Shown here: positions 12,395-24,901 of the stretch, one piece after another
Layout: each line of letters starts with the position of its first letter
Position numbering within the stretch: position 1 is the first letter of the stretch
Origin: Perna viridis
Taxonomy: Eukaryota
Reading direction: 5' to 3'
NCBI GenBank assembly: GCA_037379345.1
Contig: CM074511.1
Coordinates: 61,200,862 to 61,264,861, forward strand
DNA length: 64,000 nucleotides
Translations under genes and position numbers: made by a program
Notes under the pieces: generated by a model
Database searches by the model: none
What the model saw: the letters and a program-made list of their open reading frames with translations, nothing else
What the model was told of the DNA's origin: nothing

Positions 12395-13000
12395 ATGCAT
12401 TTGATGGATGCGCTTAATAATACAATTGGATGTAATGGAACTGCGAACAATCAAACGGCTTTAGCAAGGAACTATGACGCTGAAGGAGCTCTAAAATTCA
12501 CTGTTGCCGTGGTTATGGTTTATGGAGTTGCTGTTATTGGAGTTTTTGCGGTCAGCTATGTAAGCAGACGAAAGCCACAAAACTTCGACGTAGATAAACA
12601 GGCAAGAACGTACGTAAAAACATTGGACAATGTGAGACTTAAGCTTGAAAGGAATAACCGATTACATTCAATAAACTCATTATTGAAAAATATTCATGGA
12701 GGTAATGAGCTACAAGTACCTAAAACTAAATCTATTCACGATGGAATTTTATCTTATGTAGCATTCCCTGTTATGGTAGCATCTGGAGATCCACCAAAGA
12801 GCCTTACAGGAAGTGTCAAACGAAGTAGTTCCACCGGAAGTGAAACAATAACATCCCCATTAAATTCGGACTATCCCAGTAGACTAACTTTATCAGTGCT
12901 TGCTGAGGAAAATGAAAGTGAATTCGACGATATAGACGTGTTAATAGATAATGAGAGAACAGAAAAAGAAAAATGTGAGTTTTTTGTTTCCATATCGTGA
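12395..13000 (+). CDS. 201-aa single-pass type III membrane protein with KCNE/MinK-like architecture
   Basis: Longest complete ORF in the track, non-repetitive. Three N-glycosylation sequons (N8, N14, N19), no signal peptide, one TM segment (F35-V56), then SYVSRRK...D...YVK and a Ser-rich, acidic tail. Possible acceptor near 12344; AATAAA at 13073-13078. Confidence 0.9.
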   Translation: MHLMDALNNTIGCNGTANNQTALARNYDAEGALKFTVAVVMVYGVAVIGVFAVSYVSRRKPQNFDVDKQARTYVKTLDNVRLKLERNNRLHSINSLLKNIHGGNELQVPKTKSIHDGILSYVAFPVMVASGDPPKSLTGSVKRSSSTGSETITSPLNSDYPSRLTLSVLAEENESEFDDIDVLIDNERTEKEKCEFFVSIS

Positions 13001-13228
13001 TACATGCTATAGTGGTGATTTGAAACTTTTCCCATTAATATCATTTTTTTCCTTTGAACGTGATCATATTTTAATAAAAAGATTTTGTACGTTTGTTTGC
13101 ACTTTTTAAATGCATTATTATTTGAAACGAAACTAAGCGTTTATGCATTTTATGGGGTGAACATTTTGATGGTCATTTGTAACATTTTAAACTACCTTTG
13201 AAAGGTGATTGAAAGTCAACTTTCAGAG

Positions 13229-13346
13229 TGTACCCTAGCTACGAAATTGTAGCTTTTGATTTTTTTTTTTTTGGATTTTGCGATCTAACGTTTCAAAAAT
13301 AAAAAAAAAAAACATAGTTAGAGCTACGTTTCGCAGCTAAGTGTAC
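13229..13346. mobile_element. Small MITE-like inverted-repeat element
   Basis: gtaccctagctacgaaattgtagct ... agctacgtttcgcagctaagtgtac form ~25-bp imperfect terminal inverted repeats; internal poly-T and poly-A tracts are also complementary. Confidence 0.65.
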
Positions 13347-14947
13347 CTTACATAGAAATGCCAATCGCGTAACAACTTCAGTGTTACAAGTAAAGCAAGA
13401 CAACAAATAATGTACGGTTAGAATAATTATACATATAGTTCATATTGTAGAAAAGGATGATAAAGTTATATGTCTGGATGTCACAAAAACATTAATGTAC
13501 CAAAAGCATGTCGAAAAAATATTTAGCTTAAAATCACATTTAAACAACGTGGTCGTAATACTAGTATGTCGACGAAACATTTAACTGAAAAAGGAGCTAT
13601 TTATCAACATAAACGTTGGTAAAGGAAAAAAAAAAAGTAAATTGTTTGGAATATTCTTCGAGAAATTAGGATATAAAATAAGGGTAACAACAAAATTACC
13701 GAACACTAATCCGCTCCAATATCAAGTCAAGTGAAGTCCAATATTAATATGGCAAAAGCAGAAAAACCGAAGTGCCAATGAAAAGTGACATATTCAAATA
13801 CAAAATCATTCGAGAACACATAAAATGACATCGACAAACGACCAGACAGACAACGAAAAACACACTAAAAGCATCACTAACTCAACCAAAAAGTTGAAAG
13901 ATACCTTAGTTATAGTAACAGACCACTTCTCGTTTTCAAATATAATCACGATTTTTAATCGATTTATGAGCTATATAATATTGTAATTGACTTCTTAGTC
14001 CTCTGTGATCACGTATTTGTTCTCAATGCTTAAAGTTATTAATTCGTTCCTCTTATCCTTCAGGATAATGGATTTCCTTCCTTTCCAACTATGACTTTAG
14101 CTTTACTCAATATATTCATTATGAATGAGGATTTCCCTTAAGTTGTTGATCGTTTGTGTTCTGGTATACTTTTATTATAGGATCTTTTTTAAGGTAAAAA
14201 TCACAAAGTGACAAAGAATAAGAATGTAAGGAAATACCCTAGTGCTTGTTTTGCGACAATTTTGCTTCAATTATACTTTTAATAACAATTCAGTTTTATA
14301 TAACTCTTAAACATAAACCATTTATCAGCTGCATTCATCCCCAAAAGTTGGACAAATGAAGAAAATAGTTATTACAAGTTTTAAAAAATACATAACACAC
14401 TGTCAGTATATAAAACCTTTGATCATCATCTACGTCCGTCGGTAAGACATACCAACTATTTACATTCATTTGTAGTTCTAAACGAATACCGATTTGCACT
14501 ACTTTTTTTGCCTACATTTAACATGCATCTGACTTTTTGAACTTTTCATTGAGAGTGCAAACAACAAAAATGTGCTGTATCAATTTAAAAACGCATCAAT
14601 GATACTAAAACATAAAAATTTAGATAACATGTATTCTTAGGTACAATAAGCAGCGATAAATTATACACAAAAGATGTATTTTTTTCATTAAACTTTGTAC
14701 ATTTTCGGTATATCTACGCTTTTACAAGACTATCTGCCTTAAATACCCTGTAAAATTCTACTGTAACAATGAACAATAGATATATGTAGAATAGCAGAGT
14801 ATGTAGTTTGTGATATATAGAATCTGTCCAGTGGTTATTTCTTACTCTGTTGAAATAAAGTTTTTGTAAGTCATATGTACTATTACTATGAATCATATAA
14901 ATGCAGTTTTTCTCACATCTTACATGCATTAATAACAATAAAGTGAA

Positions 14948-17611
14948 TTAATAGAAGACGAAGACGACATCCAAACCACGAGGACAAAGTATTATGGAGG
15001 TGTAGACAAAACTGGCCTGAAAATAGAAAGTGAAATGAAACAGACAATCGTTATTCTAAGTATGAGAAAAAATATAAATCATTTAATTTTGCTCAAGTAA
15101 AAATTTAAGTAGAAGGTTTTATATAAAAATTTGACACTGCAGTAAATGTAGTTCTGAAACTTTACTAAATGGATCTTTTATATATCATTCAACAAAAAAG
15201 CACGTATCAAACTTTGGAGATTATATTTAAAATTTGATATGTACACTTCCATTGCTTGCAAAATATAATTGATTTATGCAATAAGATGATCAACTTTTAA
15301 AAGAAAGGAAAACGCTGATGTGTAGATACCTTTTTAAGAGGAAAGAAGCAGTAAGTAAAGTTTACGAAAGAATAACCAAGGAAATCAAGTTTCTAGGAAA
15401 ACCAAAAGAATGAAATCCAGGGATAAAGACAAAGATAACAGATACACACGACAATGACATGAAATTTCTCAAAACGCGTGCAACAAAAACAAAAACGAAA
15501 ACAAAAGTGAATGAACACCTCTTACTTTACTAAAAACTGGGAGCACGGACCAGGTGGACCGGTAGTGTAAGCGTCCTCTGCTTTTCTAGAAACGCCGAGT
15601 TTTTCATCAAAAATTCAAATCTGTGGTAAACGATTGAGGATAGAAAAAAACATGACATGGTGAACAAAACCGTTGTCATGGCAGATGGATACACCGTAAC
15701 GATCTACGAGTTCATTATGACGACCATAAAACTTCTGTAGTGATGACTCAAATCAACACAACCCTGTTCCAGAAGCCTATTTGTAAGTAGTCTATCCCGG
15801 TACAAAAAGTTTGCGTAGTTACGACAAGCTCTTAACTTATGAGTTATGATATGAAGCGTCCATGCCCAGGTGCTGAAGGGATGTTGCCACAGATACAACG
15901 TTGACAATATGGAATGAAAAGTCATGGCGTTTATCGTATAGTTCGGTCAATAGTTCCCCTTTCCCGTCGATTTCTAAGTGTGGGTCTAGAAATGAGGCTG
16001 ACTTCACAGTGTCTGTACTATCCTTTATCTCAAGTTCTTTAGGATAGATGCGATGTATAAAATTCCCGAAATTAGGATTGGGTAAAGATAAGACGTCATA
16101 TATTATGTATAACGGAAATCTGGGTAAACGATGCTGGATCAGCTATAAAATCAGCCTTAAAATAACTTCATTCTTACAATTTGTTGATGAAAGATATCCC
16201 TGATTTTGACATTAGCGGAACTCAAGCAGGATAACCATGCTGTGTGAACTAGAAGAACCGCAGTCGCAGTAAAAAAACCAAACAAACAAACAAACAAAAA
16301 CAAAAACAAATCAATACAAAACGAACAGAAACGAAAACAAAACAATCATAGTATTCCCATTTAATGTTGCATAAATATAATACCATAACTACCATTTTTT
16401 TTTAGATTTTCAACTTTTAGACCGTTGTTTATAAATATATTGAAAATAAGTTTTGTAATAGAAAAATGCGTAAGAACCGATTTCTCGATTATCCCAATTC
16501 TAAATTCACATATGAAGTTATATCCCTTTTACGTAACGGTATAATACAAACCTGACTTCAAGCATGATAAAAAAGGAAATATTACATGGTTTTAGTGATG
16601 TTATTCCTCCTTTAGTATTTGTCAAATTATCCTCTACATGATTTTTATGCGTCACATATTGTAAAATACACATCTGCTTTTACAATGTATGAGTTGTTAA
16701 TGTAAAATTATTACAGCATGCACCTAACTAGATAATGATAAAAACTTTTTATTTCACAATTTCTCGACCAATTTCCTGTCAGTTGTTTTGCCTTCTTCAT
16801 CATAGAAACGTGTAAGATAAGAATGCAAAAACTAATTGAGGGAATAGCTTGTATGATTTTCATTGATGAGTGCGTACAAAACATGCTTGTGGACTTACTG
16901 ATAAACTAAAGGGAACTTATTACATCATATCAAAAAGAGACAGAATGCGTGTAAGGAAATGAAACGATTGATCTTATTTATATGCGCTTAGTACATATAA
17001 AAGATAAATTTGAATATGTGAAGCCCTGAATGTTTCAAAATCAGTTCACCAAATCTTTTTTTAAACAGTCCGTTCCAAGGACTTATTTAATTGCACCAGC
17101 GGAGCAAAACCTGTCAAGATAATCTACTATTACTAAGTATAAGTGCCAAATAAAAATGACCTTGTTAGTTTTCTAATCAAGAATATCACGTGGTCTTTGT
17201 CTCTATCTTTGGATTATCATAAAAGAGCAATTTCACAAATTGACTAAATACTCTTTAATATTGCATAGTCTGACGATACATTAAATATTGTTACACTTGT
17301 ACGACTAAATATTATCTTAAATCGTAACTAATTAACTAACTAGCATATAACGTCTCTAATCAACAATGTAGTATTATTTGTACTGCCAGTTAAGTAAAGG
17401 ACATTTAGTGGCCCGAGACCACACTTTATGTATTCGGATTAACGAGACCTGTTTCTCAATTGATACGTATTACAGTATTTAAATATACAACAACTTTACC
17501 CGTTGAAATCCATAAACAATGCAAGGAGATAGATAAAAGGTAGTAGATGAACATCGGATATTTTGAATAAAACCGACCCTTGCGTTTTGCAAACCATAGA
17601 AACGCCGCCAT
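14948..17611 (-). other. Putative spliced transcript (exons 17611-17500, 16248-16178, 15016-14948) encoding an 83-aa hydrophobic peptide, a uORF, or non-coding
   Basis: aaaATGGCGGCG start; exon 1 MAAFLWFAKRKGRFYSKYPMFIYYLLSISLHCLWIST G|gtaaag (phase 1). Exon 2: ttcttctAG|...ATT|gtaaga, open only in the matching phase. Exon 3: very strong ctttctattttcAG acceptor, ASFVYTSIILCPRGLDVVFVFY*. Confidence 0.45.
15370..16085 (-). mobile_element. Penelope-like (Naiad-type) retroelement fragment: RT C-terminal half plus pseudo-LTR
   Basis: Reverse complement gives NPNFG...YPKELEIK-DST...LEIDGKG...CGNIPSAP...RACRNYANFLYRDRLLTNRLLEQG with frameshifts, then the same terminal repeat as at 10750-10950. Confidence 0.9.
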
Positions 17612-17766
17612 TTTTTTTTCTGATGTGGGAATTTCACTCTTCATAAATGTAAACAGGTATTTCATAGCTAATTAGCTAAATATAGTGTATTGGATTTTCA
17701 TTTATCTATTTTATCTATGAATTGTCACCTTAAAGTGTCGTGGGAAATATTGTCTGGTAATCTGCA

Positions 17767-18039
17767 ATGATGACAACCGGATCAGGTGTTGTCAGAGATC
17801 TGTATCGGTACCATCATTGGCCGGAGAGGAAGGATTACTGGTCACATATAAGGAATGATGCTTTTCAGAGTAGTCCAAGGAGAGACGATGAATTACACGG
17901 GATTTTCGGCCAAACTGGAGAATATGTCGGGTTCGACAACAAAGTTAATTACAAGAATAGAGAACTGATTCGATACCATCATTGGCCGAACAGACGGAAT
18001 TATTTAAACAGATGGGGACTTAACAAGGTAGGTTCCTGA
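17767..18039 (+). CDS. 90-aa orphan protein with an internally duplicated RYHHWPxRxxY motif; may be the first exon of a longer gene
   Basis: ORF is more GC-rich than its flanks. LYRYHHWPERKDYWSH and LIRYHHWPNRRNYLNR are conserved at protein level with diverged DNA around the core. Possible donor AAG|gtaggt at 18027/18028. Confidence 0.75.
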   Translation: MMTTGSGVVRDLYRYHHWPERKDYWSHIRNDAFQSSPRRDDELHGIFGQTGEYVGFDNKVNYKNRELIRYHHWPNRRNYLNRWGLNKVGS

Positions 18040-21000
18040 TAATTAAAGTGTATATTATGCAACATATATGCACAGAAACATGTTTCCGATGTAGATGAGT
18101 AATCATGATGTATCAATCCTTGTCCGTGTGCATGGCTCCTCGATCTTTCGGTTAAACATTTAAGGTTTTAGGAAACTTGGACCTATGAATGACTTTGTGT
18201 TAACTCTTTTTGATGAATCATAAATTCATTCTGTAAAAAAGTAATATGTATACATTTTTGTCTCTCAAACGTTATCAGCATTTATAGCTTGTGCTTAAAA
18301 ACAATTAAGTGTTTTTTTTAATATTCTTTATTTGAAAACAAAAATAAAAACAATTTTTTGTTAACGCTTTGACGTCGGTTAAGGTACAAATTACCAAATT
18401 TTCCCCAAAAGCGGTTAAACTTTTAAACGTCGGTTAAGTTACAAATTATCCGGTTTCACCTAAAACGGTTAACTTTAACTTTGTAGTAAACAACATATTT
18501 CTCTAATCCTATTTACATGAATATAAAGTTACAGTACAAACGCTTTTATTTTAATAGGCTTTATATTCACAATATAGCTTATAATAGCTTTGTGGACTTT
18601 CAAGCGTTACGATTCTTATTAATAAGGAAACATTCTTACAAGAACTATGCAGATATTTGTTTTATTCATTAACCAAAATGTTATAGAAATAAATAAAATA
18701 TACCTTTGTAATTGATTCTATATTTAAATCAAGTAAAACAACAGTGATGTTGGAACGTAGAAAAAAAGCATTGTATTAATTGCAGCAACTACCAAATATT
18801 GTCAAAGAACAGCTGAATTTTGATTCTGTATTACTTGACTTTTTTTTATCCTTGACTGATATGCGGTAAACCTCGTTTTCAAGAGGGGCACACACCATAT
18901 ACTTTGAATTAGCAATACTTTAGAGACAAGGAATTTGCAAGCTCGTCTATTTCAATGTCCTTGAGAGCGTCATAAACGTCTAGTTACATATATACAACAA
19001 TACTGCATTTTAAATCTGCAGCTATCTTGCAAGATTGTGACATGTTTTTTGTCTCATAGACATAGCGATATGACCAATTCCTGATAGATTTATATATCAA
19101 GTCCAACCTTCCACCAATTGAAAGATTCCTTGACATGTATAAATGTTAAATAGCTGTATATTTTACACTTGTAATGGGCTATTTAAATACTGATATATTT
19201 ATTTTGTCAGTTTTATAGTCATTTGTAGAATATAAAAGGTTGAGATAAATAGACACATCCAGAGTAAAAAGCCTCCTAGTAGATAAAGATTAAAAAAAAA
19301 GTATACGAATTATACTATTCAAACAATAACATCGTATTCATCACAAATATTACCCATTCTTTCAAAGACGGTGAACATATTGCAACAATTTACATCTCCT
19401 GTTCTCCAAGTTCTTGTTGCTATACATACCATTTTATCAAGCTTAGCTGTATCCAAATTTGCTATACATACCATTTTATCAAGCTTAGCTGTATCTTCAT
19501 ATCACAACTGGTGTTCACATCTGTTTCTTTAAATTATTTTTCTTATCAAGTAGTTATGTCTCCAGTCCATTTTTTGTCCATTGTCCATATGAAATGAACT
19601 GTAGCACTGACTCTGCAATAGAAGGTCGATTTCCTCTCCAGTGACATGTTCCTTAATTTCATAGACAATTTAAGTATTTTATAAAATTAACATCATATCC
19701 AACAACTGAAGGCAAAGAATGACACTTCATTTGTAGGAAAAATTTAGCTTTAGACTCTTAGCATATATAAAAGTATTTAGACATGACATTTGTGTACTAT
19801 TGCTTCACACTAGCACAAAAATCCCGAACTAGACTTGTTTGTTTCTTCGTGACAAAATGGGAACAAAGGTATGAGGTTAGTAGCTCTTCCCACAAAGGGC
19901 CAAGTCAGTATTTATTGGGATTGAGCCAGGTGCAAAATGTAATAAAACACACAATTTACCCCCTATATTCAAATAAAACTCCTATTTTTTTTTCATTTTC
20001 AACACTGGGAGGACAGCGACTTTTTCTTATTACAAATTTGGTTCTGCAAATTGAGATACCATGCTTTTTAAAATCTTGTCGGTGGTATTGTATTGTTTTT
20101 GTATTGTCCAAAATTGTGAACTATTCATACGTTAGGTGTTGGAGCATTGTTATCATAATACATTAAATATGTTTTAACTCTACAATTTTTTTCTATCTCA
20201 GTTCCGTTCGTAATTCCTTTATTCTGTTACGGAGAAGCGACCCATCTCCTCTCATACACTATTGAATGGAATTTGATGACAATTCCACAGAATCTTTATT
20301 AATATATTCCTAATGTGTATTTTTATCTAAACCAATTTAGAGGTCAAAAAGTGCATGTGATCAAATGGACAAGTATTGATATCAATTTAGTGAGCATTGC
20401 TCGGACTGAGTCATTCTAGATTTATATGTTTTGAATTAGTTTCTGACATGTCTTTCAACTTTCTTTGTGATTGTACTTTCTAAAACATACCCTCAGACGT
20501 GTTGACGTAGTCAATTTTTACGACTGCATACAGAGGCTTTACAAGTTACAATGATACAAATGTATTTTGACCAAACTTAATTCATAAATGAAGGACGAGA
20601 AGTCAAGACTGCAAAACTCTGACAAACGCAATGATTTCTGTCCGTTTTATCTTTTATTTGAAAATATATGGTTTCGACGATCGCATATAATCTTGCAGAA
20701 TGATTTATGGTCATTTAGTACACAGCAAGTTTAACTTCTTATAAGAGACCCTAAATAGGTTAATTGAAATCAGCAGTCCTTGTTCTAAACATGTGTGTAT
20801 ATCTACAGTGAAAACAAATCAACCTTTGTTTATTCCTTCCATGAACCACTAGAAACTGATATTACCTGAGTGAGCAAGCCCTATCGACGCACTAGGTCAT
20901 GTTAAATATTTATGCATGTTATTTCTATCTGTTTAATAGTCTCTTTATTGTTTAGTGTAATATGTGAGCTAAATGGTACCTACAGTTATCACACTGACAT

Positions 21001-22232
21001 TTCCTTAATAAAGCTTTGCTTTTTACATTTTACCAGGTTATCGCTGTAATGCAATAATTCGTATACTGAAAGAATACCACAACCGGACTTGAAAATGACA
21101 GAGCATACTATTAACCTTATATAAAGACCGAAGTTTTAGTCAGTTTTGTAAATGATTTATCCCATTCTAATGTGTACTTCTTGCCTTGCATAAATGTACA
21201 GCTGACACAGTTAAATCCAAGCTCAATCAATAAAAACAGCTTTAGTGATGTAATCACGTGATAATAAATATAATTAGTTACGTAATAGATTGCATTGATA
21301 GTATTTGGTCTCACTTTTCTTTTAAAATGAGAATGCATAAAAATACCAATAAAATCAATTACATTCGGATTACAATTTTCTTTCATGCTATAGATTTTTT
21401 AGTTTGGATCTATAGTTTAGTTAATCTGACAACTCGAGACCTAAGAAGAGATATACAGTCTGTTAGGGTTCCAATACTTCTAATAAAAATTTAAGTATAG
21501 GATTAAATAATGTTTAGCGGAAATCACGTATATTAAGTAGAAACAAAACCATCTGAAAGTGGTGCATAAATCAGCACAATCACTGTGTTTATGTCAAAAT
21601 TTTGGTTCAGATTAACAAAACAAGCAAATTCATAATCATTGACAACATTCAATATGAAATATTTAAAATAATACATGTATTATCTTCTGTAAGTATGCAG
21701 GGAAAATGCTTTTTTTTTTAGTTTTCTGCTCTTATTTTTCGGAGCATTGTTCGTCATCATTCATAAAATCAACCCCGCCGTTGTAACTATCTCTATCAAT
21801 ATCTCTGACCTATATTGTCTGTACATTTCTACTATGAGTAATGTGTACAATAATAATTAGCGAGTTTGTCCGGGGAAAGAAAAGGCGCTTACCTACCGGT
21901 GAACTTGGTTCATGATACATTTACTTATAGTTTTAGTGTGCTTTATCTTAAGTTGTTAAATTGACCTTTTTTCTATATTCTGTCCTTGTACACTCTAGTT
22001 TTGCTTCTGCCATGTTGAACCCTGATAGATGCTTTCAGTAATTAAAAGATATATAGCTGCATTAAATGCTGACACTTTAGACGTGTGTTTTATATTGTAT
22101 TGAATAAAATTAATTAATCATTACGATTTTGGTGTTTTATTAATTGTTACAAATATACTTCCTGTATCCCAAAAAAAAAGATGGTACACCTAAGTACAAA
22201 TATGTAGTTCTTTAAAGAGATTCCTCATATTT

Positions 22233-23410
22233 TGAGGATGCTTATCCCACCGGTGCACCTAGACTATGCTCCAAGTTTTTAGTGGAGTCCGATTTGCTCA
22301 TTTACCTTTGTTACTATGTATGTATTATTTTAGTTACTTTATGTCCTTTGTTGTGATTCTCTGTTTGCCATGTCTGGTCTTTGTCCCTCTATTACTTTTT
22401 TTATTTCTACTAAAATCTAGGTTCCTTTGATTGCTCTTTGTAAAAACAATTCCAAATCATCTTCCAAGTGTATCGAAGAAGATGTTTTCAAAATTCTGAA
22501 ATTTTTGATCGACAACATATTTATCCAGTGTGGTGGACCTTTTTTCAACAACCGGTCCACATTCAAATGGGAATAAACTGTACTCCTCTAGTGCTGACCT
22601 TTTCCTTCACTCTTATGAGGCCTACTTTATAGCTGATCTGATCCAAATGAAGGAATAATGTTTAGCTAGACCATTTAATCTTAGTGTCCGCTATATAGAT
22701 GACATATTAACGTTAAACAATCCTAGTTTCGGGGATTGCATATATCGTACCTACCCCAAAGAATTTGAGAAGGACACTACAGAAACTTAGAGATCGATGG
22801 TAAAGGAAAACTTTTGACCAAACTAAACGACAAAAACGATGACTTTTCATTCCGTATTGTTAACTTTCCTTTCATCTGTGGCAACATCCTTTCAGCACTT
22901 GCGTTTGAAGTTTTCATAACATATATGTTTCATAACATATTCGTTATGCCAGAGCTTACCGTAACTTACTAGACTTTTCGTGTCACGTTAGACTTCTTAC
23001 AATTAGGCTTCTAGAACAGGGTTGTGTTGTTACAAGGTTGAAGTCATTACTATAGATATTTTATGGTCGTCATCATGGACTCGTGGATCGTTACGGTGTA
23101 TCCATCAGCACCATGAAAACTGATTAGTTCAGCATGTTATATTTTCTTTTTCTCTTTCATCTACCCTGGACTTTTTATGAGCAACTCGGTGAGTGTTTCT
23201 AGAAAAGCAGAGAACGCTTATATCGGTGCACCTGGTCCATGCTTCCAGTTTTTAGTGGAGTCCGAGTTGCTCATTCACTTTTGTTACTTTGTATATATTA
23301 TTTTGGTTATGTTATGTTCTTTGTTGTGTGTGTCTGTTTTCCAAGTCTGATCTTTGTCTCTGGATTACATTCTTTTGGTTTCCGCTGGAATCTTGGTTTC
23401 CTTGATAGCT
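22233..23410 (+). mobile_element. Penelope-like (Naiad-type) retroelement, 5'-truncated RT flanked by direct pseudo-LTRs (22233-22439 and ~23180-23410)
   Basis: Decayed RT: KFLIDNIFIQCGG..QMGINCTP..ADLFLHSYEA..RYIDDILTLNNPSFG..YPKE..DKNDDFSFRIVNFPFICGNI..IRYARA..RLLEQG..FYGRHHGLVDRYGVSI. The same ~200-bp repeat lies on both sides, and no GIY-YIG domain follows the RT. Confidence 0.93.
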
Positions 23411-24395
23411 CGTTGTATTATAAATATTTTTTTAGTTTACAACAATGTTTATATGATATTTTTGGTTCAGTGAAAAGCGGCATAACTCTAGAAAACATGC
23501 CACCGTTATATATACATATAATGATCGATATAAATTTAGTTCCATGTAATAAATGCTGAATATTCGGTATTTATTTTGATAGGTGGTATCATATACTTTT
23601 TGCATGTGTTAAAAGCGCAAAATAAGCACGTACTAATTATATACATGTACATATAAGCCGCTCATTATTTTTTTATATTAATTATTCATGTGTATATTAT
23701 GTTTTTTGTATTAATAGGAACTTCCACCTATTAAACCATCACAGGTAGTATTTACCATTCACTCAAACTATAACTTTTTATACTTCACTTTTGTATGAGC
23801 TTTCAATTCACACCACATTTTTTTCAACGTTTGGAAGGGTACCCTTATTTACTTACTTTCCTCTTTTCGACCTGAACAAAATTTACTGCACATTTATCAA
23901 AGCACGTTTCCTGTTTTGCGCATGTTCTACATTTTATTGCAAACTTTCTGCAACACATTACTTTGCTTTTGTTTTGAATGCAACTTGCACCATATAGTTA
24001 TCCAAAATAATTATCCATCTATTTGTCTGATTAGTATGTCAGCTTTATTTTTGTTTAATGGTAGTTAATAAGATAAATTAACTCGCGGCATAATCGTATA
24101 TTGGCTGTTAATGTTGGATTTATAATGTGTTTCACAGTAATATTTAACCAATAGGTGGGTTGCACATTTTGTTTAGTAAAGATAAATCCACCATAAAACA
24201 ATCATCTATTATATGATAATACTGGTACAGTTTTCTCTTTTAAAACTTGTTTTTTTTTTCTGTCAGAGTATCTGTAACAGAAGTGCCGCGTATGTGTATA
24301 TTTTGAAAAATCATATTCTCAGTAATTTGCTTTTGCATTAAATATTGTACTAAAGTGAGAGAAATAGCATAGTACTTGTATATATTTTCATTTAG

Positions 24396-24440
24396 CAGAG
24401 AAAGCTGTTGACGCCTTTGCTACCAGAAGAAAATGCCAGA
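24396..24440 (+). other. Candidate 45-nt internal exon
   Basis: ttttcatttAG|...AGA|gtaagt. Open as QRKLLTPLLPEENAR (phase 0) or AEKAVDAFATRRKCQ (phase 1). Confidence 0.35.
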
Positions 24441-24867
24441 GTAAGTTTCAGAAATATTCTAACTATTCATGTATTAATACAAAAAATTCTCTCTGGGATA
24501 AAATATATAGCCATATATGAATGCACGAGCTTAAAGTTGACCAATGGTTAATATAAACATAATTCGATGAGTCACATATACCCGTGATGTATGTACTTCT
24601 TTTTTATTTCCTGCTGTATTTGAATAAGTTAACTTGAATCAGTTTTGTCAGCAGAGAGAGATTATTTTCATCTTAATTTTCATTTACAGAAAATGGAAGT
24701 TACACTCAAAGTGTTGCAATTTATGTTATCTTATTTAGGTATATTGCGGGTAACAACCAATTTATACCATTATTTTCTAATATTTCAAATGTATTATATT
24801 CCTATATGTAACGAGTATGGTCTAGCCGTTCTTCATCTTTTGGAAAACTTTAAGCATTCTCGAATTA

Positions 24868-24868
<1 letters not shown>

Positions 24869-24901
<33 letters not shown>

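Noticed and set aside
19480-19660. Minus-strand peptide (HWRGNRPSIAESVLQFISYGQW...) faintly like a transposase C-terminus
   Set aside because: Short, interrupted by stops, no TIRs; similarity too weak to support.
22440-23130. Selenocysteine-encoding Naiad
   Set aside because: The conserved Cys positions visible here (GINC, FICG, and RAC in the other copies) use TGT rather than TGA; the stops look like random decay.
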